Source of the DNA: Octopus vulgaris
Lineage: Eukaryota
Assembly (NCBI GenBank): GCA_951406725.2
Contig: OX597833.1
Coordinates: forward strand, 31,186,001 to 31,250,000
Reading direction: 5' to 3'
Length of the DNA: 64,000 bases
Positions 26,266-37,258 of this stretch are shown in pieces. How positions within the stretch are numbered: the first letter of the stretch is position 1; each line of letters opens with the position of its first letter. The notes under the pieces were generated by a model. That model was not told where the DNA came from, did no database searches, and was given only the letters and a program-made list of their open reading frames with translations. The translations under genes were made by a program, and so were the position numbers.

Positions 26266-26935
26266 TAACTCTCTAAAAATGTCTACGATGAGTCAATGAT
26301 TTAAAAAAAAATTTACCATAATTTTTTTTCCATTTTTAATGCATTTTTTTGCTATTTTTAGGCTATAACTCTCTAAAAATGCTTATATAGTTATTTCCCT
26401 TACAAACCCGAGCAACGTCGGGCGATACTGCTAGTATATATATAAATATATATTAGAAGGTTTGGAGATGATTTTAAGGTATTTTATATGAGAAGAAATG
26501 AGGCACCCAGAAATTTGGATAGTTTTATATTTACAGATATTTATTTGTATATTACATGTTTTTATACATCATATAACATATATCATATATTAGCTCTTTC
26601 GCCTATTCTAGTGGGGTTTTCAAATTGAACTAAGTTTTGGGGGAAAAATTTGAACATTTTATAGTGTTTTTGAGTGTGTAGTGGTGGGGAGAGATATAAG
26701 ATCGTACAAGAGGGTGATGAATAGGGAGAAAGTGAGAATGAGCATGTGTGTATGTGTGTGTGTGTGTGCGTGTGTGCGTGTGTGTGTGTGTGTGTATTTG
26801 TATCTGAAAGTGGTGTTAAAGAAAAAGAAGGAAAGGAAGAAAAGGGAGAGAAAGAATAAAAAATTGTTTTGCTGGTTTCTTTTGTAGTTGGTCAGGATGT
26901 TTACTCCAAGCGGGGTATATATATATATATCTATG

Positions 26936-27428
26936 TCATCATCATCGTTTAACATCCGCTTTCCATGCTGGCATGGGTTGGATGGTTTGACTGAGGATTG
27001 GTGAATCAGAAGACTGCACCAGGATCCAGTCTGATCTGGCAAAGTTTCTACAGCTCGATGCCCTTCCTAACGCCAACCACTCTAAGAGTGTATTAGGTGC
27101 TTTTACGTGCCACCAACACGAGGGCCAGTCAGACTGTTCTTACAATGAACATGCTCAAAAGGTGTTTTTTACATGCTACCTGCATGGGAGCCAATCCGAC
27201 AGCACTGGCAATGACCACTCTCGGTTATTGTTTGTCATGTCCCAGCAAAGCGATGCTGGCAATGATCACGCTCGAATGGTGCTTTTTATGTGCCACTGGC
27301 ACGGAATCCAATCACCAGCCCTGGCAACGATCACGCTCGAAGGGTGCTTTTTACATCCCACCGGCACAGGAGCCAATCAGTGGCCCTGGCAACAATCACA
27401 ATCGGATAGTACTTTTAATGTTCCACTT
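26936..27428 (-). mobile_element. RTE 3' UTR fragment
   Basis: (CAT)n followed by CGTTTAACATCCGCTTTCCATGC..CCCTTCCTAACGCCAACCAC. Confidence 0.85.
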
Positions 27429-28613
27429 GATAAATCTTATCAAATAGGTAATAATTTTTGTTTACCATGTACAAATGAATTTATGGAGATATTACTATCT
27501 AATAATAAATTAATTAATTCCCAAGATGAGAGAAAAAATTAAATGTAGACATAGGTTAAATTACTTATGTAATAAGTTTAACTAATTTGTGTATATATAT
27601 AAACCCTGATTTATGTTATTAATTTATGTAGTTATAATTTGTAGTAGTATGAGTAAATGGTAGTATAATGAGTAAATGAGATTATGTAGTGTATGTACAT
27701 AACTAGGATAAGATTAAACCAAGGTGTTTATAAAATAAATAAATAAATTGATGAATATAGATTAATTTATCGAAATTTTGCTTATTTTATGAATTTTAGT
27801 TATAAATTAATGAGAATTTAGAATTTTTCCTGTAAATGGTATATTACATCTAGTTTATTTGTTATTTTCACAGCTAAAATACATATTTCTATTTATTTAT
27901 TCTATAGTTATTATTTACATCATGTTTTCACGTGATAAATTTCTTAGCAATGCTAGGTTCTGAGTTTAATGTTTACAATTTCAGTTAACTGGTATTCTTC
28001 AATAAGATAAGTTATGATTTTATTTTTCATTAATATTGTTACATTTTATTTGATTATTTATTGTTACGATACGTATATTTCTATATTCATTTGTTAATTA
28101 TTATATGTTAAGATGATATATGTATTTATTGATTGCTATTTCCAATAAACATTGGTGCCTTGTTGTACCACTATTCTATATTTACATGTATATTTATATG
28201 TATATAAAGAAGTGATACAATACAACCGTTTCAAGTAGCTCAATTACATGGAGCCACTTGAAATGGTTGTACTGCATCACTTTTTGATATCCTGTTGCAT
28301 ATTTTGATTTTATTCACCTTACTTGGATCTGTGCGGATAATACTGGACTGACTTAGTGCTTACAATTAAGTACCTAATTCAACTGAATCTCAATTATTAG
28401 GAGGTGCAGATGAGGGCAGCTGCATCAAACTCTCTCATGCACCAAATGGTAGTTGCTAAAAAGCATTCGTGAAGTAAAATCATGTAGCAACACCAAATGG
28501 CGGTGCCCCAGCATGGTCACAGCCCGTGAGCTGAAACTCGATAAAATAAATAAAATATAAAAATAAAAATATTACATCGAAACTAACTATGACTTAATTT
28601 TTCCTCTCACACC

Positions 28614-28665
28614 GTCTCCGATGAAGGGATATTATTAATTGATATCCTAGAAACAGCTGTAAGAC
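28614..28665 (+). ncRNA. Hammerhead motif (family Y, CCGATGA variant)
   Basis: gtct-CCGATGA-agggatat..atatccta-GAAA-cagctg-TA-agac. Flanks are homologous to 20410-20520. Confidence 0.7.
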
Positions 28666-29004
28666 CTTCTATCTATAAATGCTCTAATATCTATACAGCC
28701 TTGGTTTTTTTATCGCATTATGCAAAAAATTCATATATATATATATATAATTAATATTTGAGGGAATAAAATCAAAAACTTACAAGGAAAAAAATTTAAT
28801 TTAGAAATACTAAATCAAATTTCACACAATATATATAAAAGATTAGAAAAAACCCCACCTTTTATCAATTCAAAATGAACAATTAAATTACACCATCTAG
28901 TAAATTACATATAATAGAAATATTAAAATTAAAATAACAATAAAATGTCAATGATTAAGTAAATTGCAAAATAATAATAATAAAAACATATATAAATTGT
29001 AGAA

Positions 29005-29091
29005 TAACGACGCGTTTTGTGGCTATATTTAAGAAATGCTTATAGTAGTAGAGAAATCACTTCGATATAAATATAGTCACTCATCAGGTCA
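29005..29091 (-). ncRNA. Degenerate hammerhead motif (GAAA to AAAA)
   Basis: tgac-CTGATGA-gtgactatattt..aaatatagccac-AAAA-cgcg-TC-gtta. Confidence 0.55.
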
Positions 29092-29150
29092 AAAATAAAC
29101 TAGAACAATAAAATAATTAATTAATAAATATACTTTAATATATATATATA

Positions 29151-30716
29151 TGAAAATACCAAATATACATAAGTGAAAATATACACATGTATATTTATTA
29201 TATGGTTAGCTTATTTAAGGAGTTTCTCTATATTTGAACCATAGGCAGATAGGATTACGGCGAGAGGCAACGACAGCGCAGAGGAAGACAGACAGATAGG
29301 ATTAAGGAGCTAAGAGAGAGGGACTACGGTATGAGGGCACTGGCTATTGTGTAACGGTATGTGTTTATTTATGTTTTGATATGTGTTAAAGAAGGAAAAA
29401 GAATTGATGTGTTGAAATGAAAGAAAGAACTGTGTAAAGACATTGTGAAAAGAGTTGTTGAAAAGTAGTGTTACAGAATTGCAGAGAGCAAAGAAAGAGA
29501 AAGACTTTAAAGAACTTTGAACTGTATCGTTAATTTTGATTACAATTTAATGACTTGTACTAGCTTTGTGTATTTTATTTAATTTTAAAGTATTGATATG
29601 AGTAGGTCAATTCGGAAACAAATGCTATGACCTACTTTGCTCGTTGTAGTCTGAAAGTCTGGAATCTAAAGTTATTGTCCTTTGTTCTGTTAGATTCACG
29701 AGCGAGTAATGGCTTTCGGAGAGACCTCTGCCCTTTTTCCGGTCAAAGAAAGTTCGAGGAAGCACCCCCATAAAAAGCAGACGTTGTGAGTCTGTGGAAC
29801 AGTCGGCCGGCAGTTCTGGCCAGAAACGGAGTGATACGGACGGTCAGCCAAGAAGGTGGCGATGGCGAAGGCGGTCAGTTGAGAAAGACAGACAGACAAT
29901 GTGAGGGATGACAAGCGAGAGAATGACAGTGAATGTGAAAGAGGAAGACAGGCAGATAGGATTACGGCGAGAGGCAACGACAGCGTAGAGGAAGACAGAC
30001 AGATAGGATTAAGGAGCTAAGAGAGAGGGACTACGGTATGAGGGCACTGGCTATTGTGTAACGGTATGTGTTTATTTATGTTTTGATATGTGTTAAAGAA
30101 GGAAAAAGAATTGTTGAAATGTAAAAGAATTGATGTGTTGAAACAAAAGAAAGAACTGTGTAAAGACATTGTGAAAAGAGTTGTTGAAAAGTACTGTGTT
30201 ACAGAATTGCGGAAAGCAAAGAAAGAGAAAGACTTTAAAGAACTTTGAACTGTATCGTTAATGTAGAACTGATTTGTCTCTGAACTATAATGTGAACGTT
30301 AAAGTGATTTGAACTGTTGTCTCTGAACTGTATCTGCATGCTTTGATTTGTTGTTTCCTTGTTTTCTTGCACGTATTTTCTTTGATGTATTTGATGTAAT
30401 AATTGTTATAAACTACTGTTGTTAAATGTAGCCAATTGCCTTCCGCCGTCTCTCTTTGTGTCTCTTCCTGCTGTTGTTTGTTTGTTGTTGTGTTATCTCC
30501 GGTCGCCGGTTGCCGAGTTCGCTGCCGCCCTCCCCTTGCCGAATTCTCCCTCTGAGTCCGTGGCGAATTCACCGTTCGATCGAGCCGGTCGATCGTCGTC
30601 GCTCGACTTGGTAGGGTCCCGTGTTTTTCCGAAGAGTTTGAGCGACGGCAGGTGATTCGTAACAGTATTTAATAATTTAAGTATTGTTTTAGTTTTCACT
30701 TATGTATATTTAGTAT

Positions 30717-30721
<5 letters not shown>
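29151..30721. mobile_element. Unclassified element with ~29-bp terminal inverted repeats and an internal ~300-bp duplication
   Basis: TGAAAATACCAAATATACATAAGTGAAAA / TTTTCACTTATGTATATTTAGTATTTTCA, (TA)n flanks, and 29245-29533 repeated at 29951-30262. Confidence 0.6.
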
Positions 30722-30764
<43 letters not shown>

Positions 30765-31210
30765 CGATAGGTGAATGAATTATCCTATGTTTACCGTCAA
30801 CATGGAAAATTCGATGAACTGATACCAGGGTAGCAAATTCACGTCAGAAACACAGTTGAAGTGACCTGTCCAAGGGTAGAAACTCCGGGTTCATGTGCAG
30901 AAATTTATGTGTTATATATGAATAAATAAATAAATGGAGTTGAATGAAGATGTTAAAAAAATTCCTTTACTCTCGACATATGTTTCGAAGACAACATGGT
31001 TTTATTCCAAAGGAATAAACGGTGCAAGATGCAATCTTCTCATCAGGAAAGAAAGGGAGCCTCTCTCAACAACAAGACAAAACAAAAATTGCAATGGCTG
31101 CCTACATGGTAACCAAAACGATAATAAGTGTTTAAAAAAACCATTAGTAGAATTGACGTCAAAGTTAGATAGTAGGAAGAGAAGGGTTAAAGGAATAATA
31201 GGTAGGGAAC
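30765..31210 (-). mobile_element. Solo 3' region/pLTR of the Nematis-like PLE family
   Basis: Homologous to 51050-51465 and 61860-62250. Confidence 0.75.
30970..31051 (-). ncRNA. Type I hammerhead motif with extended stem II (canonical core)
   Basis: ctttc-CTGATGA-gaaga..tcttc-GAAA-catatg-TC-gagag. Confidence 0.8.
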
Positions 31211-31268
31211 AATATATATATATTAAAGTATATTTATTAATTTTTATTTTATTGTTCTAGTTTATTTT

Positions 31269-31357
31269 TAACCTTATGAGTGACTATATTTATATCGAAG
31301 TGATTTCTCTACTACTATAATCATTTCTTAAATATAGCGACGAAACACGTGTCGTTA
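31269..31357 (+). ncRNA. Degenerate hammerhead motif (CTTATGA)
   Basis: taac-CTTATGA-gtgactatattt..aaatatagcgac-GAAA-cacgtg-TC-gtta. Confidence 0.55.
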
Positions 31358-31520
31358 TTCTACAAATTATATACGTTTTTATTATTATTTTTTGCAATTT
31401 ACTTAATCATTGACATTTTATTGTTAGTTTAATTTTAATATTTCTATTATATGTAATTTACTAGATGGTGTAATTTAATTGTTCATTTTGAATTGATAAA
31501 AGGTAGTTTTTTTCTAATTT

Positions 31521-31624
<104 letters not shown>

Positions 31625-31727
31625 TATGTATGCATATATATATATTTATATATGTATATATATACGTATATATATGTATAATTATATGTGTGTGTGTATA
31701 TATATATATATATGTATGTATGTACAC

Positions 31728-31828
<101 letters not shown>

Positions 31829-31844
31829 GAATTTATAAATGAGG

Positions 31845-32525
31845 GTGAAAAATTTGATATTAATTTAATAATACCATCAATTTAACACCAAGTGGCTTAG
31901 CACATAAAACCAGGGAGACAATATAAATTCATACATAAATATAAGAGAGTGACCACTATGTGATTAACTCTAGTGCTAAAAATAGCTCCGTTACTGGTAT
32001 AGCCACAAAAAGTTGTTTCCAAGAAGAAATAACATTACATTTAATGTAAGGAAAGTGAAACATAACGAAAAAATAGATTAACCCTGAACAATTGTTTCAT
32101 TATTAATGTAATATGCAATTTTACTTACATAACATCTATAAATCATCGGCAGAGGTTTGTCTTGAATACAAATTATTAGATCTTCATGAGTGTCTTATCA
32201 TTCTTTTGGCGGGGGAATTTGAATCATAACTACGAATACAATCGATTAAACCACACGTGTATTTGACGCTCGTGATGGTCTAATAAATTGTATTTAAGAC
32301 GAACCTCTGCCGATGATTTATAGATGTTATGTAAGTAAAATTGCATATTACATTAATAATGAAACAATTGTTCAGGGTTAATCTATTTTTCGTTATATTT
32401 CACTTTCCTTATGTTAAATGTAATGTTATTTCTTCTTGGAAACAATTTTTTGTGGCTATACCAGTAACGGAGCTATTTTTAGCACTAGAGTTAACCACAT
32501 AGTGGTCACTCTCTTATATTTATAT
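31845..32525. repeat. Inverted repeat H/H' (~31932-32205 / ~32263-32525) with ~60-bp spacer and one-sided tail
   Basis: ATAAATATAAGAGAGTGACCACTATGTG pairs with CACATAGTGGTCACTCTCTTATATTTAT. Inner arms CATCGGCAGAGGTT / AACCTCTGCCGATG. Confidence 0.9.
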
Positions 32526-32536
32526 ATAATTATATG

Positions 32537-32571
<35 letters not shown>

Positions 32572-35140
32572 ATGTATATATATATATGTGTGCTTATGTG
32601 TGTGCATGTGTGTGTGTGTGTGTGTATCTCTTTATCTCTCTATATATACTTATATCAGAGGTGACTCCAGATCATCAGCATCACTCGGGCTCATCACAGA
32701 TTTCGCATGAGACATATGTATAAAAGAAGGTAAGTGACGTAATGCATACCACAGACTTACATTTGCATGGATAATTTAACAGTAAGTAAGTTTTCTGCTT
32801 CTAACCAAAGAATGTCTCACATTTTCCCACAATATTTCTCGCCCCAAATAGCATATTTTTTATATCTAGCACCATGTCTTTCTCCCTTTCTAAGTTAAGG
32901 GTAAATATAAGGCAAACATACAAAACATAACTGATCTTTACACATAGATGCACAGAGTAACAGCAATCGAATAATGATAGTGGAGTACACATCAAACATC
33001 AGCCATCTGACTGTGGCCTGTACTCTTGACAAGAGATGTCAGTCCTTTGCACCAGTGCTTCTCAAACTACCTGTTGTGGCATACCGGCAGCTTTTTTTTC
33101 AATGTGCCAGGGACTGGTAATATTTCTTAGTAATATTAATTTATACCGGAAACAATATTTATAATGAATATAAAAGCTGACAATTTTTTAAATCTTATAT
33201 TTACTTTGTAAACAAATAATACAATATTACATAAGCATTTTTATAATCTTAATCTTTACTAATGTGAAAGGTGAGCCCGCTTCTTCTTTGTCAGTTTATC
33301 TAGTCGTGGTTTAATTGGGGACAGTGTATACTTATGTTATTTCTGTACTTTGTGTTAACAACACTCATAGTTGAGAAGCCAGTCTTGCAGAGGTATGTTG
33401 AAGGCAATGGGAGAAGAGTTTTCAGAGCAATTTCACTAAGCTCAGGATATTCTGCTTTCACTTTAATCCAAAAGGAACCAAGTGATGTTATAGTTTCAAA
33501 ACTCTTCTCCAATCCTTCTTCACAAGCCAACTCCAACAATTTATTCTCCACAATGACACTTAGGTGTCAGTGGAATAAACGGATTTCAGATCCATCCATT
33601 CCCTTTCTGTGGATCTTCTGCTCGAAAGTAAAACTGAAACCAGTCTGCCGGATTCGTCAATTGTTCTCTGATGACATTTCTTAGACATGTAGCATTAAGG
33701 TCTTCACCTGCATCAGTGATGATTGTCGCTAATTGATGAAACATGTCATAACAATCTTTTGACACTCGATTCTTCCATGCTTCTAGCTTTCATTTCTGTC
33801 CTTTGATCTTGTCTGCCATTGTAAAACACGAAGCCATCATTCCCTGCATGGAGGTGTTGAGATCATTAAAGATGGCAAAGATATCAGCCAAATAAACCAG
33901 CTTGACAACCAATCCACATCTCCAAACAATTGTGACCAATTTGGATTTTTGTCCTGAAGAAACTCGGCAAGCTCGTTTCATAGCTCAAACACTCTTGACA
34001 GGACTTTCCACATCGATAACCAACGTACATCGGTATGCAATAGGAGCTGTTTATGATTAGCTCCCATATTATCACATGATGCAGTAAATAGTCTCGAATT
34101 TAAAGCATTCACCTTTACATGGTTGACAATTTTTATAACTTCACTGAGCACACTGCTTAGTTCTGTTGACTTTTTTATTTCTTTCTGCAAGGGGAAGGAA
34201 GCAGTGTGATGAATTGCATTCTGGGGCAAGTGCCTTTATCTGAGTAACCATTCCTGAATGCCGTCCTGTCATTATGGCAGCACCATCCAAACATATACCT
34301 ACACAAAATGTGAAATCCAACCCAGATTTGTTAACGATGTAGTCGTTCACAGTCTTGAACACTTCAGAACTAGTTGTTTTTGTTGGTAGTGAAGCAGAGT
34401 AAAAAGACTCTTCCTTCAAATCACCTTCATGTTCAGAATTGCCTGATTAGCAAAGTCTGCAAATTCATCAAGCTGCAAAGAAAAGTACTTTGCTAATTTA
34501 ATCTGTCGTATGAGCTGATCTTCCATATTGTGAGCCAGATTGTGAATTCATTGAGTTATAGTGTCACTTGAAAGTGCCACCTGAGCCACTTTCTTTGCTG
34601 TCGGCTTGCCTAGCATTTCCAGGCAGACATCTTGAATACAGCATATCGCTAATATCTCACTGACTGTGTATGGCATTTTAGCCTTAGCAATTCGAAGTGC
34701 TACTTTATAAGAATCCTGCGAAGCACAAGTATTTATGTATGACACTTTAAAGATCTGTTTCTGACATCCTTTTAAATCAAAATGCTTTCTTTCAAAGAAC
34801 TCTTTTGGCTTTGAACTCATTCCATTATGCTTTGTATTTAAATGTCCCTTGAGATTTAATGGCCAACACATCTCCACAAATAACACACTTCAGTTTTTGC
34901 ACTCTCCCATCATTTATGATCACAAATGTGCATTGAATGTATAGGGTGTTATATTTCCAAGTGAAGCTAGTACGAATTCTTTTTGCCTGCAATACTTCAG
35001 TTGCATTTACATCACCTTCATCTAATTCAAAATCGTGTTCAGCAACCAGATGTCTTGGCTTGATAAACATGTCCATCTGTAAATTAGGAATAAAAATAAT
35101 TAATATTGTTGCAAATATTCAAGTGTTTCTATCATTTTAT

Positions 35141-35510
35141 TTACTCTTTTACTCTTTTACTTGTTTCAGTCATTTGACTGTGGCCATGCTGGATCACCAC
35201 CTTTAGTTGAGCAAATCAACCCCAGGACTTATTCTTTGTATGCCTAGTAATTATTCTATTGGTCTCTTTTGCCAAACCACTAAGTTACAGGGATGTAAAC
35301 ACACCAGCATCAGTTGTCAAGCGATGTTGGGAGGACAAACACAGACACACAGACATATACACACACATATATATATATATACATATATACAACGAGCTTC
35401 TTTCTTGGTCGGCCTGAGGCTATAGTAGAAGACACTTGCCCAAGGTGCCACGCTGTGGGACTGAACCCAGAACCATGTGGTTCGTAAGCAAGCTACTTAC
35501 CACACAGCCA
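35141..35510 (-). mobile_element. tRNA-derived CORE-type SINE
   Basis: Reverse strand has A/B-box-like head TGGCTGTGTGG..GGTTCAGTCCC, CCTTGGGCAAGTGTCTTCTACTATAGCC body and (AAAAGAGT) tail. Confidence 0.85.
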
Positions 35511-36000
35511 GGTAAATAGTTTTTTCTTAAATTTTTTTTAATGGAAGAAAATATTTTCCATGCGTAACAATTATAACTGAATTATTTTCTTTGTTTTTTT
35601 TGTGTTAAAAAGAAAATTATTATTCTGGTAAAATCTCTGGAATCTTGTGAATGCATTGTTTTTAAATTATATTGAAAAATTACAGTTTAATATTTCTTTT
35701 AATGTAATAATAATAAAGAAGCCATTTGGGTATTATTAGAGGGCCACAATCACAGTACATACATTATTACACCCACAGTAACAATATACTTGTCCTGATT
35801 GATTTTTTTTTTCTGCCACTTGAGAAAACGGAACTGGTAGGTAAGGAATTTAGTTAATTGAGATTTTTTGTTCTCATAATTTTAGTAAAAATTTATTTTA
35901 TTACAAAGAGGATAAAAATGGTAAAGTTAAGATTATTCATACTTACATTCTCAGATCAGTGGGTTATAATAGGGTCCCAAATGACAAATGCGCATATATA

Positions 36001-36384
36001 GGCTGAAGAGTGGTTGTGTGGTAAGTAGCTTGCTTAAAAACCACAGGGCTCCAGGTTCAGTTCCACTGTGTGGCACCTTGGGCAAGTGTCTTCTACTATA
36101 GCCTCGGGCTGACCAAAGCCTTGGCAGATGGAAACTGAAAGAAGCCCATTGTATATGTATATATATATGTGTGTATATGTTTGTGTGTCGGTGTTTGCCT
36201 CCCCCCCCCTATTGCTTGATGACCAATGCTAGTGTGTTTACATCCCCCATTTAGCGGTTCAGCCAAAGAGACCGATAGAATAAGTACTAGGCTTACAAAG
36301 AATAAGTCCTGGGGTCGATTTGTTCGACTAAAGGTGGTGCTCCAGCATGGCCACAGTCAAATGACTGAAACAAATAAAAGAATA
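36001..36384 (+). mobile_element. tRNA-derived CORE-type SINE, full length
   Basis: Same head, core and ..GTCAAATGACTGAAACAAATAAAAG tail as the 35141 copy. Confidence 0.88.
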
Positions 36385-37110
36385 TCCATATGATGCTCTC
36401 TTGAATGGGTGACCAGCCTATTCACAAGATTGCCAGATATCCCCACTCACCAGAGCTCCACTACCTCAACTCACTCCCTTTTGATCTCACCACATCACTA
36501 GAAACAAATTCCTTTCTACAAGCTCAAACACTAATATAATCTTAATACTACACCAGTAAGTTATGGTAAATAGAAAATATATTGTCATATTACAAATATT
36601 CTACATTTACTTACGCAATCTCTACCACGGTCGGCTGATAAGTTGTTTACTGCAGTGTATAAGGCAAAATTACTGAAATTATGTTCTTGTTTCTTTCTTT
36701 TCTGGAAACTCGCCATGTGCCAACAGCTGATGGCTCATGGATCAGCACAGGTCTGCAGACCACCACTTTAAGAAGCACTGCTTTACTCATTACAAGGCTC
36801 GTTCGTATTAAGCCCGAGTTACTACTGTATAACAGCAATCAAATAATGAAAGCAGAGTGCACAGCAAGCATCACCGATCTAACTGTCACCTGTTCACTTG
36901 ACCAGAGATGTCAGTCCTTTTTACCTACCAGGCTCGTTCGTAATTAGCCCATGAACTGCAACCAGGTTCAATAAATGGAGCTGCAATTACATACTTGAAG
37001 TCAGTATTGGCAGAAATTAAATCAGCTTGCAAATACATGTTCATTCTACTAAATTTAAACTTGGGCTAAGCCCAAACAGCCCGAGTGTCGGAGTCGCCAC
37101 TGACTTATAT

Positions 37111-37258
37111 AGGCACAGGAGTGGCTGTGTGGTAAGTAGTTTGCTTACCAACCACATGGTTCTGGGTTCAGTAGCACTGCATGGCACCTTGGGCAAGTGT
37201 CTTCTACTATAGTCTTGGGCCAACCTTGTGAGTGGATTTTGTAGACGGAAACTGAAAG
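37111..37258 (+). mobile_element. SINE 5' part, truncated by an RTE
   Basis: GGCACAGGAGTGGCTGTGTGGTAAG..CCTTGGGCAAGTG..GGAAACTGAAAG. Confidence 0.85.

Larger units (their letters stand above)
24753..26434 (+). mobile_element. Non-autonomous Helitron interrupted by a mariner
   Basis: 5' TC after A, subterminal hairpin CCCGA-GCAACG-TCGGG, 3' CTAG before T, and an internal repeat continuing across the mariner. Confidence 0.8.
33053..36780 (-). mobile_element. Charlie/Buster-type hAT transposon with pseudogenised transposase (~33200-35076)
   Basis: TIRs CAGTGCTTCTCAAA / TTTAAGAAGCACTG and a 6/8 TSD match (CTTTGCAC vs CTTTACTC). Motifs CVICG, HLNTKH, GICLDGAA, HTDVRWLS, YLADIF and FW..PSTYLC. 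Confidence 0.88.
32656..37102. mobile_element. Non-autonomous hAT-type element (~710 bp when empty) split by a nested hAT
   Basis: Perfect 8-bp TSD ACTTATAT (32648-32655, 37103-37110). Imperfect TIRs CAGAGGTGACTCC..CACTCGGGCT / AGCCCGAGTGTCGGAGTCGCCACTG. Confidence 0.75.

Noticed and set aside
30285-30699. Short minus-strand ORFs as a host exon
   Set aside because: No recognisable domain, and they lie inside a TIR-bounded repeat.
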